The position numbers and the translations under genes were made by a program. Below are positions 18,630-27,401 of a DNA stretch of 64,000 nt, piece after piece (position 1 is the stretch's first letter; each line of letters opens with the position of its first letter). The stretch is from Alphaproteobacteria bacterium. GTDB lineage: Bacteria > Pseudomonadota > Alphaproteobacteria > MPNO01 > UBA830. Under the pieces are notes generated by a model. The model was given only the letters and a program-made list of their open reading frames with translations, did no database searches and was not told where the DNA came from. The stretch is taken from NCBI GenBank assembly GCA_965243135.1, contig OZ251539.1:224001-288000 (forward strand). The letters run 5' to 3'.

Positions 18630-20136
18630 GCGTTGCGCGCGACCGACGGACGAGGGGCTTTGCCGCCGGCAACGGCCCGGCGGGACGAGGCGCGCCAGGA
18701 AGCGGAAACGTCGCGCGGAGGCGGGCCGGCAGGCGACGTTCCGGAGAACGCAGCGCGCGCGCCGAGGCGGCGCGCAACGAGCCGCCTGAAGTCGGCTTCT
18801 TCGGCGAACGAGCGGGCCGCCCGCGGCGAAGCCGGGGAAGCGACTCGACGAACGCGGCAACGCCCGCGGCGCGCAAGCTTGACAAGTTCGAGAGCGAGCG
18901 CGCCCAAGACGCGCAGGAGAGCGGCGCGGAACGAGAAGCCCGGCGGGGGGCGACAGCCCGGGTCGCCGTCGCGCGGACGCGTGCCGCGCTTGCCGGGTTT
19001 CCGTCCGCCGTCCGCGGCAAGCCTTGCGCGAGAAACGGAGAACGAGAAACGGAGAAAAGGTCGCTCGTCGAGTTTCGCGCCGCGGCGTTGTCGCCGGCCC
19101 CCGTTCGACGCCGAAGCGGGAGGCGCGCCGGTGCCGCGGTCGGTCGCGAACGACGTCGCCGGTACTTGCGCCCCGCGCGACCGCGACAGTCGCTCGACTT
19201 CGAGGTTTCGCCGGCGGGGAAGGCCGTCAGGCGCCCTTCGTTCCCGCCCCGTCGTCCGTCGGCGTCGTTCGTTCGGCGACGGTTTCCGGCGCGGCGGTCT
19301 GGCGGCCGGTTATCAGCGCCTTGAGCGCCGTCATGCTCTCCTCGTGGCGGCGCTCTTCGGCTTCGCGCTGCTGCTGCATGGCTTGCAGCATGGCCTCGTG
19401 GCGGCGCTCTTCGGCTTCGCGCTGCTGCTGCATGGCTGCGCTCTGCTGCTGCATGGCCGCGCTCTGCTGCTGCATGGCCGCGCGCTGCTGTTCCATCGCT
19501 TCCTCGTGGCGGCGCTCTTCGGCTTCGCGCTGCTGCTGCATGGCTGCGCTCTGCTGCTGCATGGCCGCGCGCTGCTGTTCCATCGCTTCCTCGTGGCGGC
19601 GCTCTTCGGCTTCGCGCTGCTGCTGCATGGCTGCGCTCTGCTGCTGCGTAGCCGCGCGCTGCTGTTGCCCGCGTTCGTCGCTGGCGCGGACCATCGCGCG
19701 GATGCCATACCAGATGCCGACGGCCGCGATGGCGGCCGCAAGCGCGTTGACGGAAGCGACGGCGAGATTGGCGATCGCGACGGCACTCATGAGCGTCCTT
19801 TCCGGAGACGGTTCCGGAGACAGTATCCGCGGCGCCGATGCGATCGTCAAGAGAGACGAGGGAGAGACGTTTGCGCCAGGGCGGGAACGGGGCGGCGGCG
19901 TTCATTGCCCGTCCTCGGAGCGGCAGCAGGGGCGGCGCGCAGGACGACCCGCAAGCGGCGAAACGCCTGAACTCCAGGTTGCGGTTCCGTCGAACGGGAG
20001 CGTCGTCCGGTCGAGCGAGGCGGACCCGTCGAACCTCCAGGGTTCGGCCATGGGCGGAAAGCCCGAGGAAACATGCAACCAGCGTGGGCCCGCCTGGAGG
20101 CGGAACGGGCAGGTCGCCCCGCGACCGAACGCTTAC
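18630..20136 (-). mobile_element. IS66-ended cargo element, copy 1 (distal end not recognisable)
   Basis: Ends ...gcgaccgaacgcttac at 20136; inverted homology with 23803-25220. Confidence 0.8.
19227..19790 (-). CDS. Membrane-anchored Gln/Glu/Arg-rich coiled-coil protein (cargo)
   Basis: RBS GAAAGGA, N-terminal hydrophobic helix ending GIWYGIRAM, four REAEERRH repeats. Confidence 0.8.
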   Translation of the reverse strand: MSAVAIANLAVASVNALAAAIAAVGIWYGIRAMVRASDERGQQQRAATQQQSAAMQQQREAEERRHEEAMEQQRAAMQQQSAAMQQQREAEERRHEEAMEQQRAAMQQQSAAMQQQSAAMQQQREAEERRHEAMLQAMQQQREAEERRHEESMTALKALITGRQTAAPETVAERTTPTDDGAGTKGA

Positions 20137-20244
20137 GTTCTGAACGTCGGATCCGTCCTCTGCGAACCCGACGCCGGCGCGCGTCGAGAACGTTTCGACC
20201 TGACCGGAAATTTCGCGCGCCGGCGGCGCGGCGTCCTGAGGCGG

Positions 20245-20272
20245 TTGACAGCCCGGAGAGCGCCCCTATATT
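20245..20272 (+). promoter_or_regulatory. rpsD promoter
   Basis: TTGACA, 16 nt, TATATT. Confidence 0.65.
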
Positions 20273-20325
20273 GCGGCGCTTGCCGGTCGAGCGTCGCCGG
20301 CGGAAAATGGCGAGGAGACCGGCGC

Positions 20326-20943
20326 ATGTCGAAGCGCGTCCGCTCGAAATACAAGATCAATCGGCGTCTCGGATGCAATCTGTGGGGACGCCCGAAGAGT
20401 CCGTGGAACCTCCGCGAGTACGGCCCGGGCCAGCACGGCCAGCGCCGCCGCAGCAAGTTGTCGGACTACGGCCAGCAACTTCAGGCCAAGCAGAAGCTGA
20501 AGGGATACTACGGAAACATCACGGAAAAGCAGTTCCGGCGGACCTACGAGAGAGCGGTCAGGCGGCGGGGCGATACCGTCGAGCTTCTCATCGGACTGCT
20601 GGAACAGCGGCTGGACACCGTCGTCTATCGCCTCAAGTTCGTGCCCACGGTATTTGCGGCGCGCCAGTTCATCAACCATGGCCACATCAGGGTCAACGGC
20701 AAGCGGGTCAACATACCGTCCAGTCTGGTCGGTCCGGACGACGTGGTCGAGGTCCGGGAAAAATCCCGCGAACTGCCGTTGGTGTTGGAGGCCGCGGGCC
20801 TGCCGGAGCGCGACGTGCCGGACTACCTGGAGGTCGACCACAACAAGATGCAGGGCAGGCTCGTCCGCATTCCCCAGTTCGCTGAAGTCCCCTACCCGGT
20901 GCAGATGGAGCCGAATCTGGTCATCGAATACTATTCGCGGTGA
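20326..20943 (+). CDS. rpsD: 30S ribosomal protein S4
   Basis: [46 protein letters not shown]. Confidence 0.99.
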   Translation: MSKRVRSKYKINRRLGCNLWGRPKSPWNLREYGPGQHGQRRRSKLSDYGQQLQAKQKLKGYYGNITEKQFRRTYERAVRRRGDTVELLIGLLEQRLDTVVYRLKFVPTVFAARQFINHGHIRVNGKRVNIPSSLVGPDDVVEVREKSRELPLVLEAAGLPERDVPDYLEVDHNKMQGRLVRIPQFAEVPYPVQMEPNLVIEYYSR

Positions 20944-21122
20944 CCCTCCCCTGCGCGGGGAAGGCGGCCGGGGGAGCCGGACGGGCCGCTCGGGGCTCCC
21001 CGCTGGCGCGGCGCGGCGGCGCAAGGTAGATTCCGGTTCGGTCGAACGGGATTGTCCCGTCCGCGACGTCAATGGCCGGCTCCCGTCGCCCGGGTGCCGC
21101 GCCGGGCAAAGGGAGAAGTGGA

Positions 21123-22154
21123 ATGAGAATATCGAGCGCTACGCGCGGGTTCGCCTGCGCCGCCGGCATGGCCGCGGTCCTTGCCGCGTCGTCCGCCGCC
21201 CGCGCCGACACCGACGTCAGGCTGACGCTCGACTGGGTGCCCCAGTCGACTCACGGCCCGTCGTTCATCGCGCAGTACGAGGGCTACTACAAGGCGGAGG
21301 GCCTGTCGGTGAAAATCGACCCGGGCAAGGGCTCCGCCGATGCGGTCCGCAAGCTGGTCGCGGGCACCCACGACCTCGGCTGGGCCGACATCAACGCCAT
21401 CATCCAGTACAACGCGGAGAATCCGGAAAAGGCGATCAAGACGGTCATGATGCTCTACGAGCAGCCGCCTTTTTCCATCTGCGTCCTTGCGAAGTCTCCG
21501 ATCGCGGATCCGAAGCAACTGGTCGGCAAGACCCTCGGCGCTCCCGTGTTCGACGCAAGCTTCAAGCTGTTTCCGGCCTTCGCCAAGGCGATCGGCATCG
21601 ACGCGGGCGCGGTCGAGAAGAAGAACATGGATCCGCGCCTCCGCGAGCCGATGCTTCTGCGCGGCGAAGTCGACGCGGTTTCCGGGCACATCTTCTCGAC
21701 GGTGCTCGCCGTTATGGCGGCTGGCTACAAGGAATCGGATCTGAGGTGCTTCCTCTACGGCGACTACGGGATGGAATCCTACGCGAACGGGATCGCCGTT
21801 TCGCCGAAGTTCCTCGAGAAGAACCCGGACGCCGTCCGCGGCTTCATCAGGGCGACCTACAAGGCCGCGCGCGATACGGTTCTCAAGCCCGAAATGGCGA
21901 TCGCCGCGGCCAAGAAGTTCGAGCCTCTGGTCGACGAGGCCGTCGAAGCGGATCGTTTGCGGCTCGGCGTGTCGTGCTGCATCCTGACGCCCAACGTGAA
22001 GAAGGACGGTTACGGGGACGTCGATATGGCGCGGCTCCAGCGGTCGATCGAACAGGCGGCCCTGGCGTACGGACTCAAGAACCCGCCGAAGGCGGAGGAC
22101 ATGTTCGACCGGTCCTATCTGCCGCCGAAGTCCGAGCGGTTCATCGACAAATAG
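21123..22154 (+). CDS. ABC transporter substrate-binding protein, NMT1/THI5 (TauA/SsuA-like)
   Basis: Signal peptide, LTLDW..Q..HGP...A...GYYK.EGL.V.I.PGKGS. Confidence 0.92.
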   Translation: MRISSATRGFACAAGMAAVLAASSAARADTDVRLTLDWVPQSTHGPSFIAQYEGYYKAEGLSVKIDPGKGSADAVRKLVAGTHDLGWADINAIIQYNAENPEKAIKTVMMLYEQPPFSICVLAKSPIADPKQLVGKTLGAPVFDASFKLFPAFAKAIGIDAGAVEKKNMDPRLREPMLLRGEVDAVSGHIFSTVLAVMAAGYKESDLRCFLYGDYGMESYANGIAVSPKFLEKNPDAVRGFIRATYKAARDTVLKPEMAIAAAKKFEPLVDEAVEADRLRLGVSCCILTPNVKKDGYGDVDMARLQRSIEQAALAYGLKNPPKAEDMFDRSYLPPKSERFIDK

Positions 22155-22212
22155 ACCGCGCTCCGCCGCGCCGTCCGTCGGGACGGCGCGGCGGCTTCGC
22201 GTCTATGCGGCC

Positions 22213-23019
22213 ATGAATTTCATCGACATCGACGGCGTCGACCTCGTCTATCGCAACGCCGCTGGCGAGGAGGCGGGGGAGGGAACGCTCGCGCTGTCCG
22301 GGGCTTCGCTGCGGATGGACAAGGGCGCGTTCGTTGCGCTCGTGGGACCGAGCGGGTGCGGCAAGTCCACCCTGCTCAAGGTCGTGGCGGGCCTCGTCCG
22401 GGCGAACGAGGGCAAGGTCGTCGTCGCCGGCCAGGAGGTGACGCGGCCGCTCAAGATCGTCGGCATGGCGTTTCAGAACGCGACCCTGCTGCCTTGGCGC
22501 TCGACCCGCGAAAACGTGTTGCTGCCGCTCGAGATCGTCGAACCCCATCGGAAACGCTTCCGCGCGGAGAAGGCGGCCTACGAGGCGCTTGCGGACGAGC
22601 TTCTGGCGACGGTCGGCCTCGACGGGTTCGGAGACCGCGCGCCCTGGCAGCTGTCGGGAGGGATGCAGCAGCGCGCGCAGCTGTGCCGCGCTCTCGTGCA
22701 CGAACCCGACCTCCTGCTGCTCGACGAGCCGTTCGGCGCGCTCGACGCCTTCACGCGCGAAGAACTCTGGGACGTTCTGCAGACCCTGTACCTCAAACGG
22801 GCCTGCACGATCATCCTGGTGACGCACGACCTGCGCGAGGCGGTTTACCTTGCGGACACGGTGCACGTCATGAGCGCCCGCCCGGGGCGGATGATCCTCG
22901 AGCGCGCGATCGACCTGCCGCGGCCGCGCAAACTGGACGACCTGTACGGCAGGGAGGTGGTCGACCTGCTTCAGGACCTCCGGCATCACATCCACGTCGC
23001 GCGGGGAGAGCGGCAATGA
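22213..23019 (+). CDS. ABC transporter ATP-binding protein (TauB/SsuB-like)
   Basis: GPSGCGKST, LSGGMQQR, LLLDEPFGALD. Confidence 0.96.
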   Translation: MNFIDIDGVDLVYRNAAGEEAGEGTLALSGASLRMDKGAFVALVGPSGCGKSTLLKVVAGLVRANEGKVVVAGQEVTRPLKIVGMAFQNATLLPWRSTRENVLLPLEIVEPHRKRFRAEKAAYEALADELLATVGLDGFGDRAPWQLSGGMQQRAQLCRALVHEPDLLLLDEPFGALDAFTREELWDVLQTLYLKRACTIILVTHDLREAVYLADTVHVMSARPGRMILERAIDLPRPRKLDDLYGREVVDLLQDLRHHIHVARGERQ

Positions 23020-23795
23020 AGAGCGTGACATTCGAACGGGCTTCTCCATGGCTCGTCACCGCGGTTCTGCTGATCCTGTGGGAGGCGGCGGTGCATGCCT
23101 TCAACGTGTCGCGGATCGAACTGCCGTCGGCGTCCGAATCCTTCTACGCCATTTGGGAATTTCGCGTGGCGCTATGGCAAAACGCGCTGACGACGCTGAT
23201 CGCGACGGTCATCGGCTTCGGGATCGCGGTCGTCTTCGGGGTCGCGATGGGGATCGCCATCGGCCTTTGGCGCCCCGTCTACGCGGCGCTCTATCCGCTG
23301 ATGGTGGCCTTCAACTCCATACCCAAGGTGGCGATCGTCCCGATCCTGATGCTGTGGTTCGGCATCGGCCTGGCCACCTCGACGCTCACGGCGTTCATCC
23401 TCTGTTTTTTCCCGATCGTCGTGAACATGGCGGTCGCTCTCGCGACGATCGAACCGGAGCTCAAGGACGTTCTGAGGGCGCTCGGCGCTCACGAGCGCGA
23501 TATCGTGATCAAGATCGGCATTCCGCGGTCGCTTCCCTATCTGTTCGCGGCGCTCAAGATCGCGATTACGCTGGCTTTCGTCGGAGCCGTCATCGCCGAG
23601 ACGGTGGCGGGAGGGAGCGGCATCGGGCATCTGATGCTGGTCGCGAGCTCCAACTTCAACACCCCGTTGATGTTCGCCGGCCTGATCGTCATCGCAGTGA
23701 TGGCGATCGGCATGTACGCGATTTTCGCGGTGATGGATTCGCGCTTCACCGGGTGGGCGACGCGCGACATGTCCTACGCGGCCGCAGGCGGATAG
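23016..23795 (+). CDS. ABC transporter permease (TauC/SsuC-like)
   Basis: Multiple TM helices, IPKVAIVP, GAVIAE; ATGA overlap with the ATPase. Confidence 0.94.
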   Translation: MKSVTFERASPWLVTAVLLILWEAAVHAFNVSRIELPSASESFYAIWEFRVALWQNALTTLIATVIGFGIAVVFGVAMGIAIGLWRPVYAALYPLMVAFNSIPKVAIVPILMLWFGIGLATSTLTAFILCFFPIVVNMAVALATIEPELKDVLRALGAHERDIVIKIGIPRSLPYLFAALKIAITLAFVGAVIAETVAGGSGIGHLMLVASSNFNTPLMFAGLIVIAVMAIGMYAIFAVMDSRFTGWATRDMSYAAAGG

Positions 23796-24097
23796 ACCGA
23801 AGGTAAGCGTTCGGTCGCGGGGTGACACCTGCCCGTTCCGTCTCCAGTCCCGGTGCAGGGCAGGCCCACGCTGGTTGCATGTTTCCTCGGGCTTTCCGCC
23901 CATGGCCGAACCCTGGAGGTTCGACTGCGGAAGTCCGCCTCGCTCGACCGGACGACGCTCCCGTTCGACGGAACCGCAGTCTGGAGTTCAGGCGTTTCGC
24001 CGCTTGCGGCGCATGCGCGCTCCGCCGCCGCCTCGAGGACAGAGCCCGGCAATGAACGCCACCGCCCCGTTCTCGCCTTGGCGCATGCGTCTTTCTC

Positions 24098-24126
24098 TTG
24101 ACGATCGCATCGGCGCCGCGGATACT
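24098..24126 (+). promoter_or_regulatory. Promoter for the cargo gene, inside the element
   Basis: TTGACG, 17 nt, GATACT; conserved in copy 1. Confidence 0.55.
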
Positions 24127-24163
24127 GTCTCCGGAATGGATACTGTCTCTGGAAAGGATACTT

Positions 24164-24721
24164 ATGATCGCTTTAGAGATCGCCAGACTCGCCGTCACTT
24201 TCGCCAACGCGGTCGCAGCCGTCGTCGCGGCCGTCGGCATCTGGTACGGCATCCGCGCGATGGTCCGCGCCAACGACGAACGCGGGCAGCAACAGCGCGC
24301 GGCCACGCAGCAGCAGAGCGCAGCCATGCTGCAGCAGAGCGAAGCCATGCTGCAACAGCGCGAAGCCGAAGAACGCCGCCACAAAGCCATGCTGCAGACC
24401 ATGCAGGATCAGCGCGAAGCGGAAGAACGCCGCCACGAGGAAGCGATGGAACAGCGGCGCGCGGCTACGCAGGAGCAGCGCGAAGCGGAAGAACGCCGCC
24501 ACGAGGAAGCGATGGAACAGCAGCGCGCGGCTATGCAGCAGCAACGCGAAGCCGAAGAACGCCGCCACAAAGCCGACGAACGCCGCCACAAAGCTGACGA
24601 ACGCCGCCACGAGGAGAGCATGACGGCGCTCAAGGCGCTGATCCGCCAGACCGCCGCGCCGGAAACCGTCGCCGAACGAACGACGCCGACGGACGACGGG
24701 GCGGGAACGAAGGGCGCCTGA
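24164..24721 (+). CDS. Membrane-anchored coiled-coil protein (cargo), paralogue of 19227-19790
   Basis: Same TM segment and C-terminus [13 protein letters not shown]; six ERRH repeats. Confidence 0.8.
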   Translation: MIALEIARLAVTFANAVAAVVAAVGIWYGIRAMVRANDERGQQQRAATQQQSAAMLQQSEAMLQQREAEERRHKAMLQTMQDQREAEERRHEEAMEQRRAATQEQREAEERRHEEAMEQQRAAMQQQREAEERRHKADERRHKADERRHEESMTALKALIRQTAAPETVAERTTPTDDGAGTKGA

Positions 24722-25482
24722 CGCCCTTCCCCGCCGGCGAGACCTCGAAGTCGAGCGACTGTCGCGGTCGCGCGGGGCGCACCTCCCGCTTCGGCGCGAG
24801 GGGCCGACGACAACGCCGCTTGCAGGCGCGAAACTCGACCTGCCCGGTGATCTTTTCTCCGTTTTTCGCGCAAGGCTTGCCGCGGACGGCGGCCAAAAAC
24901 CCGGCAAGCGCGGCGCGCGTCCGCGCGACGGCGACCCGGGCCGTCGTCCCCCGCCGGGCCTCTCGTCGCTCTTCCGCACGGTGCGCTCGCGCTCGAACTT
25001 GTAAAGCTTGCGCGCCGCGGGCGTCGCTCGTCGAGTCGCTTCCTCGGCTTCGCCGTGGCGGCCCGCTTCCCGCTCAAGTTCGTTCGCCGAAGAGGCCGAC
25101 TTCAGGCGGCTCGTTGCGCGCCGCCGCGCTGCGTTAACGCCGCCCTTGCCTCCGCGCGACGCGCGCGCCCCGTCCCGCCGGGGCGGTGCGACAGCAAAGC
25201 CCCCGTCCGTCGGTCGCAGTGCGCACCCGCGTCCGGTCCCCGGACGAAATTTTCCTCGTCCCCCGGGTAGCGAACGCTTACGACCGAAGGAACCGGTCCC
25301 CGCGGAAGCGCGTCCGACGCGAGCGGAGGCCGAGGAGTTTCCGCGCCCGGCGTTGCGTCGCCGATTCTCCGTTCGCCAGGGAGCGGCGATCGCGACGCGG
25401 GCTTCTTGCGGCCTCGGCGGTTGCCCGGCTCTGGAACGTCCCTTGCCTTTGCCGTCGGTGCGATGGCAGTCTGGAAGACGCC

Positions 25483-26688
25483 ATGAAGCTCGATATCGAT
25501 CCCGACCGCCTTCTCGGCGATCTCCGGTCGCTCCGGGAATTCGGCCGCCTGACCGCGGGCGTCAGCCGGGTTTCCTATTCGGAGGCCGACGCTGCGTCGC
25601 GGGCCTGGCTGCGGGAGCGCATGATCGAAGCCGGGCTGGAGACCGCGGTCGACGACGTCGGCAACGTGTTCGGGCGCGCGCCGGGAAGCGGCCCCGCGGT
25701 CGTCATCGGCTCGCATACGGATTCGGTGCCGGTCGGCGGTTGGCTCGACGGATCCTTCGGAGTGATCTGCGGACTGGAGATCGCCCGCAGCGCGGCGGCG
25801 GCCGGCCTTGCGGTCGAGGTCGTCTCGTTCATGGACGAGGAGGGAACCTATCTCGCCTGCCTGGGCAGCCGCGCCTTCTGCGGAGATCTCGGCGCCGACG
25901 AACTCGAGGCGGCGCGCGGTCCCGCGGGCGAGAGCGCGCGCGCCGCGATCGAGCGCTGCGGCTACGCCGGCAATGCGCCGGTTCGCTGCGATCCGGACCG
26001 TCACCTCGCGTATCTGGAGGCGCATATCGAACAGGGGCCGAGGCTGGAGGCCGCGGGGAAGCCGATCGGCGTGGTCACGGGAATCGTCGGCATGCGCCGC
26101 TATCGCGTCGCGATCGCCGGCGAGGCGGACCATGCGGGAACGGTGCCGATGGCCATGCGCAGGGATGCCGGCCGCGCCGCGATATCCTGCGCCGCGGGCA
26201 TCCTCGAGGACCTGCCCCGCGCCGGCGGCCCGGATTCCGTGTGGAACATAGGCGCGATCGACTTCCGGCCCGGCGCCGACAACGTGGTGCCGGCTTCGGC
26301 GACCGTCTCCGTCGAGATCCGCGACTTGTCGGCCGAGGTCGTCGCCGCGATGGAACGCGCGGTGACCGAACGGGTGGCGGCGGTGGAGCGCGAAACCGGA
26401 CTTCCCTGTTCCGTCGCGACGACTCTCGAAGTCGAGCCGGCGGCGATGGACGAGGGCTTGATGGGCAAGCTCCGGGACGCGGCCGCGGCGTGCGGCGCGG
26501 GTTGCATGGACATGCCCAGCGGCGCCGGCCACGACGCGATGGTGACGGCCCGCCGTTTGCCTTCGGCCATGCTGTTCGTTCCCAGCATACGCGGCAAGAG
26601 CCACAGCGAGGCGGAAGACACGCATCCGGACGACCTCGCGCTCGGTTGCCGCGTGCTTGCCGCGGCAGTGGAGCGGATCGCCGGATAG
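25483..26688 (+). CDS. M20 Zn-dependent amidohydrolase (N-carbamoyl-amino-acid / allantoate amidohydrolase family)
   Basis: GSHTDSV, LDG, DEEG, EAHIEQGP, GAGHDA. Confidence 0.93.
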   Translation: MKLDIDPDRLLGDLRSLREFGRLTAGVSRVSYSEADAASRAWLRERMIEAGLETAVDDVGNVFGRAPGSGPAVVIGSHTDSVPVGGWLDGSFGVICGLEIARSAAAAGLAVEVVSFMDEEGTYLACLGSRAFCGDLGADELEAARGPAGESARAAIERCGYAGNAPVRCDPDRHLAYLEAHIEQGPRLEAAGKPIGVVTGIVGMRRYRVAIAGEADHAGTVPMAMRRDAGRAAISCAAGILEDLPRAGGPDSVWNIGAIDFRPGADNVVPASATVSVEIRDLSAEVVAAMERAVTERVAAVERETGLPCSVATTLEVEPAAMDEGLMGKLRDAAAACGAGCMDMPSGAGHDAMVTARRLPSAMLFVPSIRGKSHSEAEDTHPDDLALGCRVLAAAVERIAG

Positions 26689-26692
26689 GCGA

Positions 26693-27400
26693 TCAGATCC
26701 GGCCCGCGCGTCCCAGCCCGGGGATCGGATCCGCGATGCCGGCCGCGCGGAGCGCGGTCCGGAGAAGGGTCTGGTTCGAGGTCAGAACCGGCACGCGCAG
26801 GGCGGCCTCCAGCCTTTCGACGACGCCGAAGGTCGGGAGATCGGTCGCGAGGAGGACGAGCGCCGCCTCGGGGGCGAGCTCGCGGGAGAACGCCGCGAGC
26901 CGCTCTTCGGTAACCTTCGGCACGTTGCTCATGGCGAGAATGTCGAGCGTCGCGTCGCGGTCGACGCGGTAGCCCTCCGCTTCGAAGAAGGGACGCGCGA
27001 GCGCATGAATCGCCGCGGGATAGGGAGTGCCGAGCGCGAAGCGCGACAGGCCGAGCGCCGCAAGCGCGTCCCGCATCGCCGTCCAGGCGGTGACGCAGGG
27101 TATGCCGGTCCGCGCGGCGACGTCGCCGGCGCGCGCCTCGTTCCATCCGGGTTCCATGACGAAGGTCGTCACCATGTCGGCGTACGCGATCAGGTCGACG
27201 CCGCTCGACGACAGGTCGTCGACCGCCCGGTCCGCCGCGCCTTCCATGCGCAGGACGGCGTCGCGGGTCAGGTCGCCCGAAGCCGGTATTCGGGTCGCGC
27301 GGAAGGCCACTCCCTCCGGCGCGACGGACCGGAATTCGGGCTCGATCACGGTGTTGTTGGCCGGCACGACGAGGCCGATTCGGGCGCGCGAGCCGTCCAT
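26693..27400 (-). CDS. Maleate isomerase / arylmalonate decarboxylase (Asp/Glu racemase) family protein
   Basis: RIGLVVPANNTVIEPEF, GTPY, PVLTSNQ. Confidence 0.88.
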   Translation of the reverse strand: MDGSRARIGLVVPANNTVIEPEFRSVAPEGVAFRATRIPASGDLTRDAVLRMEGAADRAVDDLSSSGVDLIAYADMVTTFVMEPGWNEARAGDVAARTGIPCVTAWTAMRDALAALGLSRFALGTPYPAAIHALARPFFEAEGYRVDRDATLDILAMSNVPKVTEERLAAFSRELAPEAALVLLATDLPTFGVVERLEAALRVPVLTSNQTLLRTALRAAGIADPIPGLGRAGRI

Positions 27401-27401
27401 C

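Larger units (their letters stand above)
23803..25281 (+). mobile_element. Complete non-autonomous IS66-type element (1479 bp) with cargo gene, copy 2
   Basis: Termini gtaagcgttcg / cgaacgcttac; 8-bp target duplication GACCGAAG at 23795-23802 and 25282-25289; no transposase. Confidence 0.9.

Noticed and set aside
19024-20943. 639-aa extended RpsD
   Set aside because: The upstream part is antisense to the cargo gene; a promoter and RBS support the start at 20326
20326-20943. rpsD outside the alpha operon as an anomaly
   Set aside because: Stand-alone rpsD is usual in Alphaproteobacteria
23803-24060. Element leader as a group II intron, IscB omega-RNA or ribozyme
   Set aside because: No domain V, hammerhead core or associated RT/IscB/TnpB; the termini and 8-bp duplication fit IS66 better
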